DNA of 64,000 bases from Amoebidium appalachense. Lineage: Eukaryota; Protista; Ichthyosporea. The stretch spans positions 5,518,001 to 5,582,000 of the forward strand of contig CAVNZM010000014.1 in the NCBI GenBank assembly GCA_963693365.1. The letters run 5' to 3'. Position 1 is the first letter of the stretch; each line of letters starts with the position of its first letter. Position numbers and translations under genes: made by a program. The notes under the pieces are model-generated. The model did not search any database. It saw only the letters and a list, made by a program, of their open reading frames with translations, and was not told the DNA's origin. This document shows positions 1 to 14,815 of the stretch, piece after piece.

Positions 1-969
1 CGAACAAAGCTGACGGTATAAACATTAGAAATCTTTGATAACCACACCAAAGGCCAAAAAAGGACCAAAGCTGAAGACCTATGAAGGAAGCTACATAAGA
101 AAATGCCCTCAAATTCGTACTCTGGCACATTGACAAATTTATCAAGGGTCAGTGAAGGTAATGAACAAGCAAGAGATAGTTTGGTTTTTATTATTTAATT
201 ATCTGTGATAGGAGCCAGGTCGAAGGCCCAAATACAGGATATATAATACCCACATGTACTAATTATTAGTCCCCACATATACCAAACATTTGTTGCTACA
301 ATATGGGAACCCCTCAACTCTACATAACTGTAATGCTTACCCAGGCCGGGGCCAACACGGTGTCTTCTTCCAGGCACCATCCGAAATATACACGCCGTGA
401 CATAAAAAAAAATGTTTCTGTTCAAAGGGTAGTCTCAGAAGACAAAAAATGTTTCATTGATATGGGCAACAAATATAAACTGGACAAAAGCCCTCTTCGA
501 TCAAAGCAGGGAAAACCAACAAACATCGGGGAAGCTTGCGAGGTATAAATCTTTGGTACTTTGAAATTGTTAAGAGCGGTAAATAGGGCCGCGAGTCTAA
601 GCTCCACATATCAATTAGTTATGCTCTATGATCTTATTACAGTGCATATAATAATAATAATAATAATAATAATAACTTAATAATAATAATAATAAAAAAT
701 AAAAATAAAAACTGTCTCCTAGTGTTGCACGCAAGTCATCCGAAGGGTGCCCCCCACCCTTCCCCCCCCCCCCCCCCCCCCCCCCCCTCCCCCTCCCCCC
801 CACACACACCAAGAAAAAAAAAGTGGGAGGTAGGAGAGGGGATACATACACATGTGAAACCCGCTACCCAACCTATTCGTAGACTTAAACATGACACCAA
901 CAAGTGGAGGGTAAGAAAACAGCCCAGAGACGGGGAGAGAGGAGAAAGAGAGAAGTGCGTAGAGAGACG

Positions 970-1023
<54 letters not shown>

Positions 1024-1026
1024 CGC

Positions 1027-1080
<54 letters not shown>

Positions 1081-1108
1081 TGCGCCTGTGTGCGCCACGA
1101 TATATGTG

Positions 1109-1152
<44 letters not shown>

Positions 1153-1239
1153 TTGGGAAGGGGGGAGGGAGGAGGGGATTAGGGCAACCAGCAATTCACA
1201 TCACTCTACCCCCAAACACGACAATGCACCGCAAATACA

Positions 1240-2247
1240 TTACTCCCCCTCCTCCATCCAACTGCACTTCACAGGCCACCGCTCGAACCACCTGTTTATG
1301 TAATCGATAAACCACGCCATATCCGGAGGTGCACCTCCCTCCCTTGCTGCCTGACTGCAGAATTTGGCGTAAAACAACTTCCTCAGCTCCAACATGCGAC
1401 TCAGCCGTGCACGATCAACACTCCCCACTCCAGCAACCGATTCATATCCCTCAACTAGGTAATCCTCGAATTCTTTCGGTCTTGCCTCTGGAACGGGATC
1501 CCCTGCCGGGAGAGAACCCCCCTCTGCAAGCATAGTGGGGCCTAACATAGCCTGTGCCAGGTCGTACTCATACCACCCCAACTGGGCTTGGTCCCAGTCA
1601 AACACCGAAAGAGCCGGTCGGTCTCCATGTTTTCCCTCATGATCAACCAAGAAAAAATTCGAAGCATTGCAATCTCCATGCAGTACACCATAATGCTCCA
1701 CATCACCCACCACTGCTGTATCCTCGGGTGAGATGGGTGTCCCTGCCATGACGCGACTATGAACCTCGTCCCATTCCTGCATTCTCCCTGCAACATCCGG
1801 ATGAGCGCGTGAAAATTCACGTGAGGCGGCGTGAAGACGTGCCAACCAAGCCCCCCATGCCAACACGATTTCCTTGTCTGTCATCCAACGATAACCCAGG
1901 AAGTCGACGGGTGCACCCTCAGCCCATTTCGACACGCAAATTGTAGTTGTTGCATCACGTACAACCCATCCAAGCGATGATTTTGGGTGAACAGGCGCGC
2001 AAACACCCGGAACTTTCTCTGCCACAAAACCCACAAATGCAAGCTCGTCGCTGATGCGTTTATGGTGTGCGCCTGTGGGATCGGGGGTTGCACGCACGGC
2101 GAACTTATCACCCGTTGTGTCATCTAAAGCTACGAATGTGTGGTTTTGAGACTCCTTCAGACGGTCTCCTAGAGTAAGGCCCCAGTGTTCTTTGACCGCT
2201 GAGGCCACTTGCTCCCGCGAAACGGGATGAGTCTCAAAAAGTGGCAT
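1240..2247 (-). CDS. Aminoglycoside-phosphotransferase (APH)/type II homoserine kinase-like small-molecule kinase, single exon, 335 aa
   Basis: Clean ORF. Brenner-type catalytic motif LHGDCNASN, metal-binding [13 protein letters not shown], and WLARLH helix typical of the APH/choline-kinase fold. Confidence 0.85.
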   Translation of the reverse strand: MPLFETHPVSREQVASAVKEHWGLTLGDRLKESQNHTFVALDDTTGDKFAVRATPDPTGAHHKRISDELAFVGFVAEKVPGVCAPVHPKSSLGWVVRDATTTICVSKWAEGAPVDFLGYRWMTDKEIVLAWGAWLARLHAASREFSRAHPDVAGRMQEWDEVHSRVMAGTPISPEDTAVVGDVEHYGVLHGDCNASNFFLVDHEGKHGDRPALSVFDWDQAQLGWYEYDLAQAMLGPTMLAEGGSLPAGDPVPEARPKEFEDYLVEGYESVAGVGSVDRARLSRMLELRKLFYAKFCSQAAREGGAPPDMAWFIDYINRWFERWPVKCSWMEEGE

Positions 2248-3515
2248 GTTTGACTACGGGGAGATTTTAACAGTAGAAGGCCATTGAATGCTAAGAAGAA
2301 GGCATATGTTTATACTAATAAATAGGGTAGTCAAGACAATATAAATAGTATATGTAAAGCGCAGAAAGAGGGACGTGTAGTGGTTCGGAAGCTTTGGAAG
2401 CATAACACGAAGATAGGTGCAACACAAAGGTGAGCTGAAAAACTTCGACGGTCGCGGACGGCGACAGAGTTCGAAGTTTTTTTGAGTTCACAAGTTTTCT
2501 TGTTTGTTTTTCTTGTCACGTTTGCGTAAAACTCGTAGCTAACTTTGGGGCATTCCTGGGAATGCATTCTTATCCAATCAGAAAACGGGAAGTTTGGACC
2601 AATCAAAAACAGCTTGAGTCGACTTAGAGACTCAGCTAGAGGCTCAGCCTGAGTAGCAGAGGGGGTGCTTACAAGCGAGTACATATAGACTATATACAGT
2701 AGGGCTGCAAAACATAAACATACACTCAAGTATGATTTACGCATAGGTGTGAAAGCCTTTTCATTTTTTCTTTTCCAGGCTATAAAGACAGTTGAAAATG
2801 ATTGGCAACCAGATCATCACGGCTGATGCTTTAGATAAGCCCTATAAAGTTATTGTTTCTGTTGATCCAATCATGGCTCTGCTGAAGCCTGAAGCCTGAA
2901 GCAGTGGCGCGAAATATTTCCGAGGCGAAGTGCGTGTGTGGGGACACGCGGCTCCACAAAAAGACAAGTACACGACACAGTAAGTCATTTTCTGTTCTTT
3001 CCTGATAGCAAGCTTCCATAGACGCCTTTCTTCTTTTTTTTTCCTTCTCGTCTGTAGCCCACACTTCCTACTCCCAGTGACGCTCTAACCTCTATAGCCT
3101 TACTATGCTTTCAAACTTTTGAACATACAGCGCATACATACACAAGGAGCACCGGTACCGACCGTGCACGTGATTCTGGAGCTCTTCCACCGAGAGTCTG
3201 CCGCAACTCGGTGTATTGATGCTTGTTCAAAGATCTCTTTTGTGAACGAGAAAGCTTGAAAGGTCGTTTTCGTTTCATTTTTTGAGCTTTTTCTGTGACC
3301 AACCCATGCTGTATATATGTTCAAGGTTACATGACCATGCATGAGCCAGGGTCATGTTAATTAGGGTGAAAGAACTGAGAAACCTCAGGGAGAAAACACA
3401 TCGATTTTGAATTGACTTTGCTTTTCAAATTTGCACATATATTCCACATTAGCCTCAGTCACGCTTTAAGACAATAACTTTTTTTTATTATAGGTTTGCT
3501 GTTGCTAAACATACA

Positions 3516-6500
3516 CCATTGCCTCTTTTTCATAGAGTTTTTTGAAGGTGTTCTCCAACTGTGCACTTAAATACACGTTTTACGAAAATTATGAGCGACT
3601 CCGAGCCCGACCTCTCCCAAGGAGAGCCAGATTTTTCAAACGTTTACATGCCTGTTTCCATGGCTAGCCCAGTTTCAAACTGGACCCACTCCCCTACAAC
3701 AGCTGCAACAGAGAAATCTTCGTCTCTCCCCACTACAACGGAAAACCCTTCATTCCTCCCCGCCACAACGTTAACAAAAACTCCTTCCTCCGGCCCGACC
3801 AACAAGGAAAAAAACGAAAGAACTCTGCCCGATGTTCCCAAGAATCTGCGCTACAACGTCGAAGCTCAATCTTTGTCTGCCAAGGTTGTTAACCTGACCG
3901 AAACGAAGCTGAAGAAGGTCAATGACGAAATCGAGAACAAGGTGGGTCATGTACATGTCCGAATGTCCTGTTCCCCTTGTCTTTTTTCTAAATCAGAACT
4001 TCAAATTCTTTTTTATCTTTTGTCCCCCAGTATCCTTCTTCTTCTTCTTTTGTGGCGCTGATTTATTCTTCATTTTTTCCTTTCAGCCTGAAAATTTCAA
4101 GGTATCCATTTTCCTTTCTCGATAACATATTACATATTATGCTATGATCAATTTCTGATCCAATTTCTTTCTTTCTTTCTTTCTTTTTTTTTTTTCCCCT
4201 TTCTTTCTTTCTTCTTTTTTTTAAAAAAAACACCTTACCCCCCCTACTTTTTCCAGGCTCCTCTCCTTCTTCTTCCAACGGTTTGTGTTTTCTCTATTTT
4301 TCTTTGGTTCATCCATCATCATAAGGCTTTCAATTCAAGTCAACAGTAGAATTATTATTGTCGTTTAGTGTTGTTACAGTAACTGTTGAAATTATCATTG
4401 TTTACCTTTGAAAATTCGTCGTCCTTTTTTTTTTTTTTTTCTTTTCTTTTTTTTCTTTTTTTTTTTGGGGGGGGGGGGGGGGGGGGAGCGGGGAGGGGGG
4501 ATGGTTGGTTCTGCGTAACATAATTATTGTAGCTCCATTAGGCCTGCTGGCAAAGTGGGATATCAAAAAGGTTGCCATAAGCAACACTCTAATCCACTCT
4601 TTCTTCCTATGCAGTCGGGTGGCGGCAACGAAGAAGCACTCATATGCAACGCAGAAGCACTCATATGCAACCCCCACCTGCCTGCACTAGAATACCCCGG
4701 TTCCCCTGCTGCTCCTGCCCCCGATGCTCTACACGGACACCGGCGTGCCAGAAAAGAAACAAAAGGTAGATGCGTTCTCTGCTTTAGGAACAAAGGGGAA
4801 CGCCACCAGACACATACCTGCTGCATCAAGTGTAATGTGTTTCTCTGCAATGATCAAACACGTGCATGCTTCGAAAACCACATCACATATGGTGTTCCTC
4901 CACGCACACGCACCCAAGTCAACACAAACACAGGCCCGGTACGATCACGCAGAAACACTACACGTTAAAGTACCTTCTGCCCACTGGTTAGTTTCTGTAC
5001 ATTGCGCAACACTCATTTGTCGTTTTCGGATTAGGGGTGATTTGTTTGGTTTTTATTCGTTTCTTTGAAACTGTTTGTGGTAACTAGATGCTAAAAGGGT
5101 TATTTGAAGTGTGTGTACCGAAAGAAACGAATTTGAAAGATGATTCAATGTTTCTCAAACGAAAAATGCACCTGTGGTGCAAAAGCAACAACGTGAACGG
5201 TATTAAAGTATGCATCTTTGGCACGCATTTGTAACAAGTTTGCCGTTTTTCATGGCTCAGGCCTATGGTCTCCCTGTGCCAGAACCCGTAAAGTGCAAAA
5301 TAAGCCATACCAACAAGCACTCCGAGAAATTATTGTAGTCATGGGGTGCGCAAACACACAAAGTTATCCGTAAATCGATGCTCGAAATCGTTGAATGCCT
5401 ACCATTACTTACTAAGCCATTACCCCACTAAGAATTTTTCTACGGTTTTTTTGTGATGTGCTTGTTCCCTGTCACGTCAGGGTAAAATGGTGAGAAAAAG
5501 AGAGTAACACGTGCAAAACTGACCCTGCGCCAGGCGGTTTTATATGATGACGTCACTAAGTACTCCAGTTGGAGTATTTATCGATTCGGGTCGGTTCAAT
5601 AAACCATTGCCTTTTTTTTTTTTTAATAGAGTTTTTTGAAGGTGTTCTCCAACTTTGCACTTAAATACACGTTTCACGAAAATTATGAGCGACTCCGAGC
5701 CCGACCTCTCCCGAGGAGAGCCAGATTTTTCAAACGTTTCCATGCCTGTTTCCATGGCTAGCCCAGTTTCAAACTGGACCCACTCCCCTACCACAGCTGC
5801 AACAGAGAAATCTTCGTCTCTCCCCACTACAACAGAAAACCCTTCATTCCTCCCCGCCACAACGTTAAACAAAAACCCCTTCCTCCGGCCCGACCAACCA
5901 GGAAAAAAACGAAAGAACTCTGCCCGATGTTCCCAAGAATCTGCGCTACAACGTCGAAGCTCAATCTTTGTCTGCCAAGGTTGTTAACCTGACCGAAACG
6001 AAGCTGAAGGAGGTCAATGACGAAATCGAGAACCAGGTGGGTCATGTACATGTCTGAATGTCCTGTTCCCCTTGGCTTTTTTCTAAATCAGAACTTCAAA
6101 TTCTTTTTTATCTTTTGTCCCCCAGTATCCTTCTTCTTCTTTTTTTGTGGCGCTGATTTATTCTTCATTTTTTCCTTTCAGCCTGAAAATTTCAAGGTAT
6201 CCATTTTCTTTTTTCGATAACATATTACATATTATGTTATGATCAATTTCTGATTCAATTTCTTTCTTTCTTTCTTTCTTTTTTTTTTTTTCCCCTTTCT
6301 TTCTTTCTTTCTCTTTTTTTAAAAAAAAACCCTTACCCCCCCTACTTTTTCCAGGCTCCTCTCCGTCTTCTTCCAGCAGTTTATGTTTTCTCTATTTTTC
6401 TTTGGTTTATCCATCATCATAAGGCTTTCAATTCAAGTCAACAGTAGAATTATTATTGTCGTTTAGTGTTGTTACAGTAACTGTTGAAATTATCATTGTT

Positions 6501-6530
6501 TACCTTTGAAAATTCGTCGGTTTTTTTTTT

Positions 6531-6561
<31 letters not shown>

Positions 6562-6713
6562 GGGGGCGGAGGGGGGAGGGGGATGGTTGGTTCTGCGTAA
6601 CATAATTATTGTAGCTCCATTAGGCCTGCTGGCAAAGTGGGATATCAAAAAGTTTGCCATAAGCAACACTCTAATCCACTCTTTCTTCCTATGCAGTTGG
6701 GTGGCGGCAACGA
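3516..6713 (+). repeat. ~1.1-kb near-identical direct duplication (about 3516-4632 vs 5604-6713)
   Basis: Both copies run from ACCATTGCC...GAGTTTTTTGAAGG to GGTGGCGGCAACGAA and include exon 1, the intron and the start of exon 2. Confidence 0.95.
3591..4968 (+). CDS. Chimeric two-exon gene (3591-3941, 4615-4968): duplicated S/T/P-rich N-terminus joined to a piggyBac-type C-terminal Cys-rich domain
   Basis: AAG|GTGGGT donor and CTAAT...ATGCAG acceptor are in phase 0. Exon 2 reads RCVLCFRNKGERHQTHTCCIKCNVFLC...RACFENH, the CRD pattern of piggyBac transposases. Confidence 0.5.
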
Positions 6714-6869
6714 AAAGCGAAAGAGTCTGATTAGGCTCAAGGACTCTTTCAAAGATGCCTGGTCGGCTGCCCAGGAACTCAAGAAGAAAACCACGACAAT
6801 AGTGCTCACCGGTGAAGAGGGATCAGGTCAGTAAACCCATTACTCCCCCCCCCCCCCCCCCCCCCCCCC

Positions 6870-6900
<31 letters not shown>

Positions 6901-6983
6901 ACCCCCACCCCCCTCTCTCCCCCTCCTCCTCCCGCCACCCGCCCGCCCCCCCAACACACGCGCGCGCGCACACACACACACAT

Positions 6984-7068
<85 letters not shown>

Positions 7069-7686
7069 CACACACGTGTACACAATTACTGCCCTGCCCC
7101 ATATCCAGGTAAACGAGATGAAGTGCACCGTGATGTGATATTCATGTGTCACTTTCAAAGTCATTGTCACCGTTCAACTACCCCCTATCCAGCTCATTCG
7201 TAAATCCCTTCCCATTTCCACTGGTGTCCTTCTGAAAGGTCCTTTGCCTTTTCTGATATTTCGTGGGACCATTTGCTAGGTTTTGTCACGCTGAACAACA
7301 TTAACTCGCCGTAATTGTTAACCCCTTTTGCACCATACGTTACCAAGTTACCGGCCTTGCTGTCAATTCATGGTTTACATCCCCACTGCCGTTAAAGAAA
7401 GTTTTCAGTGACTACTGTGTATTTTGTGGCCTATTCAAGTGTTCTATTCGTGTGCCTCTAAGGTCCTTGGGCCGACACTTACCACCCTTACTGCCATAAC
7501 AGGCAAGACGACCCTAGCTAACCAGCTCAGCACTACACCGACCTACCTTGAGCGTCTTGGGCTGGACATTTCCTTATATGGCAAGTGGCCACTGCCGGTG
7601 GGTGGGGGCACGGAAGCAGTCAGCAAGATGCCGATTGTTCTGGAAATGAGCAGCGAACAGCGCCAAGACCTATACTTTGGTTGCTA

Positions 7687-7690
<4 letters not shown>
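5685..7690 (+). CDS. 5' part of a spliced dynamin-superfamily P-loop GTPase gene (exons 5685-6036, 6697-6826, 7503-~7690), with a 1-nt frameshift in exon 1 relative to the upstream copy
   Basis: A phase-1 splice (TCAG|GT...ATAACAG|GC) assembles IVLTGEEGSGKTTLANQL (Walker A) followed by PLPVGGGTEAVSKMPIVL, a dynamin_N-like G2 region. Downstream exons not identified. Confidence 0.6.
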
Positions 7691-7717
<27 letters not shown>

Positions 7718-8030
7718 TTTTTTTTTTATGTACACAACTTTGGAAGCGGGGATTTGAAACACGGATTTATATGCTCCCTCACGCACAGCCACAAACACCA
7801 ATTTACCTGGTGTACGGGTTCTAGAAATTCTATGTTTGTGTCTCCATCGGTTAATCGAGCTGAACTTGGATCATTAAGTTATCAATGACCACCTATATTT
7901 TTTATCCCCCCCTCCCCCCCCTCCCCCTCCCCTCCCCCCTCCCCCCCACCCCCTCTTTGCCTTTCTGGCAGTGTTCCTGTGTCCCTCCTTCACTTCGACC
8001 CACACTTGCTTGCAAAACCTAACACTTCCC

Positions 8031-8080
<50 letters not shown>

Positions 8081-8393
8081 ATACGCACAGATACAGATAC
8101 ACAATCCATCAAAACTGCCACCCCATAACTCACCAAGCCATCCATTCCTCTCGCTTATTTCTAGTATAACTACTCAATGCCGTTTTGTAAAGGCATAACA
8201 AACGGGAAAAAGGCAAAGGACGCAATTCTTAAATCTAACTCTCATTGTGTAGAGAAATATCCATTGTAATTCGTGCCGGCCAAGACACAAAGATGCTGCC
8301 ACCCTACCTCGTGCCTGCAAACCCCCAGACTCCGGACAACATATCTGAACTGATATAAAAGCACACAACTTCGCAAATGGTTGAGAAGGTAGC

Positions 8394-8429
<36 letters not shown>

Positions 8430-8558
8430 ACCCACCCACCCACCTCCCCCCAAATCCACAATATTCTTCTACCACCTCCCCCTGCCCCCACCACCTCCCT
8501 TCACCCAAATACCAACCAAAAATGGGAGGTTCAAGTTATTTTCCATGGGGAGTCCGAA

Positions 8559-8589
<31 letters not shown>

Positions 8590-9238
8590 GAAAAAATTCT
8601 GGCCTCAAAAAGCCCCCCCCCCCCCCCCCCCCGTCCCTTTTTTTTCCACTGGCTTTTGGGAAGGGGGAGAGGGGGGAGGGGGGGGGAGGGGGGGGGGGAG
8701 GGGGGGGGCAGGGTGTGCAAGAATAGGCGCGGGGGGGGGGGGGGGGGGAAGGGAGGAAAGGAAGGGGGGCTAGTGATGGGGGGAGGGAAAATTTGAGCTT
8801 AAGGGCAGAGAGGGAGGGTGGGTTGTGGGGAGCATCAAGGAGAGATAACGAGTTCTTTCTCTCAAAGTGTCACAGATCAACCTATAATTGGACGAATAGG
8901 GCCACATGATATTATAAAGTTTAACCCCTACACTAAAAATTTTCGTCGCCTCACCCACTATGCAGGTAGTGGTCATCCACCCACTCCCATGCCTGTGGGG
9001 TTGCTACAAGATTGTCGACCTTCCCGTGTGGAAGGAGGTGGATGGGTAGAGGGAGGGGGAGCAGTTCACCGACTTGCAGACTGTATCATACAGGCGGGAG
9101 CAAGGGGGGTCAAACGTAGAGGGTTGTTGGTGACGATGGAGTGTTTGGACATGAGCAAGAGGAACACAGACACGAGTCTCGTGCTAATGTCTGTCTTCAA
9201 GGCCACAAACCTGGAAAGGGTAAACAGTGAACCCCCCT

Positions 9239-9322
<84 letters not shown>

Positions 9323-10246
9323 CACCCCCAAACCCCCAACCCCACGAAGCCCATCCCCCTACCCTATCCCCAAGCACCAAAATGGGCAAAAAGGCATGCT
9401 GTGGGGTGGGGGGAGGAAAAGGTTTTACTGATCACCCTTTCAGCGACCCCCTCCCTCCCCCCCCCCCCCCCCCCCCCCTCCTCCTTCTCCCCCCCCCTCT
9501 TTTACGGCTTTACCCAATTCCAACCACTCCTTTTTCATCTCCACACCTCTCCCTATATATAGCTATGTGATGTAGTTACGGTGATTACGTTTAGGTTTTG
9601 ATTTTAGCATTATATGTAGATGATGATGTGTGGTATTCAGCTAGAGCACTGTCGGTGCTGGGTGGTATGTGCACACACACACACACACATGTGTGCTCGC
9701 ATATGTGCTCCGGTGAGCATACACCTAACCGCTCAACCCCCCCCCCCCCCCCCTCCCCCCCATCCCCCTACCTAACACTACGACGATGTTATCATAGTGT
9801 GAGAGAGCGTGAGAGTACAAGTTTTTATTAGTAGATCTGGCAATACTCCATAGTATCATAAAACACGTTTCTGGATGTTTTGCGCAACATTAAGATTTGT
9901 TCTCGCGATGTTTTGTATCGTCCATATAGAGATTGAGACTATGTACAATGTCTATCAATCGAAGAGGGCTGTTTGAGATTCGGGTGTGCAGGTTCTCTGG
10001 ATAGGAGGGAATGTGCAAGAATGTTTCCACGATAGCCCTTTTTTCTGTGCGCCTTCCTTTCTTTATATATACGCGCGCGTGTGTGTGTGTGTGTGTGTAT
10101 GTGTGTGTGTGTGCGTGCGTGTGTCCGTGTGTATGTGTGTGTGTGTGTGTGCGTGTGTGCATTGATATATGATATATCATTACCACTATTGAACGGGGGG
10201 GAGGGGGGGGGGGGGGGGGGGGGACAAAATTATTTTTTTTTTTTTT

Positions 10247-10278
<32 letters not shown>

Positions 10279-10565
10279 CCAAAATTTTTTGTTGGAAGGT
10301 GGGGGTTGGGGGGGTGGGGTGGGGGGGGAGCTCATGCTGCTGTCTTCCTGTTTATGTGCCATACACTATAAAACATACACCGGCTTGAAGGTATTTGCGG
10401 TGAAGACTGAGTAACTTACTCCTGAATATTTTTCTTGCCAGTATGCAGTCCAATTCAACAACACTGCCGCCAAATCAAACAATCTTGGAACCACCACCAC
10501 ACCACCAACAAAAACTTCTCAAGGTTTACCCCCCTCCCCATCTCCCCCCCCCCTCCCCCTCCCTC

Positions 10566-10596
<31 letters not shown>

Positions 10597-11348
10597 AAAA
10601 AAAAAAACACCTGCAAGCTCACTTGGCGCTAAATGCTATTACCGCCTGCGAGTAACTGGTGCCTTTCCTTTTCAACGACTCTCAAACCCATTACTTTACT
10701 CAGACTATGGTACACAACAAGGCGACATATCTCATAGCTCGCACTATACAGAAAGGTTACCTTAAGAAAAAGATTTGGTGTGTCGTCACCGCGTGCGCGC
10801 ACGTGGGTAGTGTGTTTGCCCACATGTGTTGGTATTTCCAGTTACTTAGATTGTTTTTATTTTGATTTCTTTTCTTGTTTTTTTTTTTTTTGGAGGGGGG
10901 GGGGGGGGGGGGGGAGGGAGGTAGAGAGGGGGGGAGGCAGGGAGGGAGGGGAGGGGGGAAGGGGGTTAAGGCAGGGAGGGAGGGAGAGGGGGGGGGGGGG
11001 GGGGAGGGGAGGGGGAGGGCAACACTGTGCCACGTCGGTTTGGCGTGTAGATCATTATTATTCCGATTGAGTATAATGATTATCGTTATTGTGTGTGTGT
11101 GTGTGTGTGTGTTTTGATTCATTTTGGGGGGGGGGGATGGGGGGGATGGGGGGGTAAAGGGGTAAGGGGCTGGCTTGTATCCACACGTGTGTGTGTGTTT
11201 GTGGGGGGTGGGGAGGGGGAGGAGGGGGAGGGGGGGAGGGGGATCAGTGATCGTGACAAGGGAACAAAGTCAAGGGAAGAACGTTCACGAGGGTGACTTG
11301 GGGCAAGGGGAGAGGGAGGGGGAAGGGGGGGGGGGGGGGGGGGGGGGG

Positions 11349-11395
<47 letters not shown>

Positions 11396-12366
11396 TATTA
11401 AGGGGGTAAGGAGAGGGGGAAGGGGGGGTTTGAAACGCCTGTAGTAGATATCTGGCATTCAACATGGTATTTCTCACAAACTGAACTTGAAAGCGATCGT
11501 GTTGTTTATAAAGTTTACTGTATCATACGTACGCGTAGTCAGTTGATTCTATTTGTATACAATCATACGTATTTTCTGACAATCTGATCTATATTCCTAC
11601 TTTTTTTATTGTTTTTTTTTGTATTCGTAATCCGATTCGCTCATAAAGTGCATCCTCGTGGTGTTCTCTCACAAGCTGTTTGGCCATCTTGCGAGAGAAC
11701 CAGTCGTATAGTAGTTGTATTCTCTCACATGCTGAATGTGGTGTATTCTGATCGCATCATTAAAATGCTGAATACCAAGTTCATCCCTTTCAATTGCTGG
11801 ATACCAATCTTATTCTTTTAACTTAGCTGGTTAGAAATTGTATTCAATTATAACTAGTTTACATGCACGAATATTACCTTAATCTCTTGATATCCTAAAT
11901 GCCAAATTCTCCCTCCCTCCCGCAACTTGAACTAATCCTGCTTCATCAGATTTTCATACAAACTGACAACACAGCATCACTGTTGCAAACTGAAAATCAT
12001 TTGAAAGCTTTCATGTCCTCGCAAACTGAATAAAAACGGAGTACTATGTATTATGTACTTGTTTTGTTCATACTGCCACACACTGTGCTCTCAGCATAAC
12101 CTATAACTTATATGCATACTGATTGTTTCTTCTAGCAGACCATGGTGAGAGTGCATCAAACCAATCATCACAACCCCGTACCAAACCTCCAAGACTATTG
12201 CTATTGTCTGCAAAGTAAGCGACCCCCTCCCTCTCCCCCCCCCCCCCCCCCCCCCCGGTGCGCGTGTGTGCTTTGGTTGGGCCGGATCTGTGGGTGGGTA
12301 GGTGGTGGTAACCTTTTCTTTTTCTTCTCTTATCTTTGTGTGTGTGCGGGGGTTGGGGGGGGGAGA

Positions 12367-12399
<33 letters not shown>

Positions 12400-13288
12400 G
12401 GGCAGCAGAGAAAAGGCAAACTTCATCGAAGTCACGGATGTGTGCCGATTCGTAAAAGTTGCAGGCTGGGGAGAGAAAACAAGTGAGTCAATAAATCCGG
12501 AGTCAAGTGGCGGGTGGAATATTTTTTTAATATTGGGCCCAAGGGGACCGGGAGGGCTTAAAGAACATATTAGTTCAAAAATGAATTGCTGATATTCATC
12601 CAATCACAACTGTTACAGGAAAGCACACGATGCTGAACCCGCCAGTGGGCATGGCCGGCGCAAAGAAGACAGAAACGTGCGCACCAAGCTTGAGTTTTGA
12701 TATGAATAAGGAAAGAAACATATACTATTTGATTGGTGCTATCAAATTTCTGTATGTATGGCGGCTGTAAGCTTTGTCTATTAAATTTTAACCAATAGCC
12801 CCCCCCCCCCCCCCCCCCCCCCCCCCATATTTGAGTATTGTTGAACTGTTTAACCAACGGTAAAGCGGCATGTGGTCGGATCTTTCAGTATTTTAAATCT
12901 TCTTTTCTTTTACAAAGTTTCTCTTTTCCCATTTTCGCTGTCATTTTCGCTTTAACGGTTTTTTTTTTTTAAACCCCCCACCAGGCCAGTCCCCCCCCCC
13001 TCCCCCCGCCCCATTATTAAGGGTATTGTTGAAACGGTTTACCAATTGTGAATGACATAGTATTATCTGGATGTCTTTTTCGTTATTTTAAATCGATTCC
13101 TTTCTTTTGTTTTCCTTTCTCTTTTCCCAATTTTGATTTCTTTCCTTTTTCGTTTTTTTTTTTTTTTTTTTTTTTGGCAAGTCATATCCCCATCAGGCCA
13201 GCCTTTTTAAAATAAAAATAAAAAACCACACAGTGATGTTTATAGCCAGACCCCCCCCCCCCCCCCCCCCCCCTCCCCCCCCCCCCCC

Positions 13289-13322
<34 letters not shown>

Positions 13323-13775
13323 CCCTTCTCGATACTCGTGAGTGTTTTAAAGCTTTTTATTAGATTTTATTAGAAAGGGAAAAAAAAAAAAAAAAAACAG
13401 AAAACATATCCCGCATGTTCCATCTGCATCAGTGCAAAAGGCACTGTGTCAACAACAATTTGGCTAGATGTTCGTTGACCTGCTATGAAAACGAGTAAAA
13501 ACGCACACGGAGCGCAGCCATCACCGCCGACTTCTTGCAACGTTCACACAGTTTTACTATGAATGCTCGTTTCTAGTACTCGTTTTCTATTTATTCCTAT
13601 AGTATACATTCCATTTCCAAAAAAGACAACTGCTGCAGGTGACTCTAAGCACTGCCTGCTGGCCCGTAGTATGTTAGTAATACCGGCATTCAGGTCACTG
13701 TTTTCAAGTTTGTAAGTGTTGGGTCACCGCCGTGACGGTGTGTGTATGGTGCTACTGTGTGTTTGTGTGTATGCG

Positions 13776-13843
<68 letters not shown>

Positions 13844-13984
13844 TTGCGTTACACGGCACTGTGTAAAGCTCCAATCACAAAAAGGCCTGCCAATGGCAAT
13901 TCATGAAGACTGGATATGGCAAACGGACGGTTCCACTATAATACATTTTGCTACACCCGCCCGCTGGAGACACACACACACACA

Positions 13985-14102
13985 CACATTGTGATACACA
14001 CGACACACACGCACACACACCACACACACAAACACATCTAGTGACAAACGAACCCAAATTCCAAAGGAACACACAGACATGTGCACAAATGTTTGCACAG
14101 CC

Positions 14103-14145
<43 letters not shown>

Positions 14146-14201
14146 AATCCCGCAGCCCATAAAAAGGACTCACAGGACAAAGGGGGGGGGGGGGGGGGGG
14201 G

Positions 14202-14275
<74 letters not shown>

Positions 14276-14474
14276 GGACAAACCGTTATGTACACACACC
14301 GTGCACCACGGCACGGACATACACACACATACAGATCACGTGACACATTGCAATACACACACGTGCACACGCACACACTCACCACTCAAACACTGTGACA
14401 CACACACACACAATTAGTGACAAACGAACACAAAATCCACATGTACACACAGAGATATGCTCACATTTTCGCAC

Positions 14475-14536
<62 letters not shown>

Positions 14537-14815
14537 TGGAAAAAAAAAACAAAAAAAAAAAAAGCTCTCGCAGCCCAGAAAAGCCTTGCACAGGACAGGG
14601 TGGGAGGGGAAGGGGGAAAGGGGGGGGGGGAGCTCGAGGGGGAGAAGGGGGACACACACACACCGTGCACCGCGACACGGAGACACACACACACACATGT
14701 TGTGATACACATCACGGTGCACACACACTCACCACACACACACGCAAACACACCCCAACGAACACAAAATCCAGATGTACACACAGACATATATGCACAC
14801 ATTTTTGCACAGAAA
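13985..14815 (+). repeat. Diverged ~355-bp tandem repeat (~2.4 units) interleaved with poly-C/poly-G and (CA)n
   Basis: The motif (TAGTGACA)AACGAAC.CAAA.TCCA...ACAC.GA.AT.TGC.CAC recurs near 14040, 14415 and 14757. Confidence 0.65.

Noticed and set aside
8818-12600. Short unique stretches that could be further GTPase exons or exons of a minus-strand gene
   Set aside because: No recognisable motifs, and no phase-consistent chain could be built by eye.
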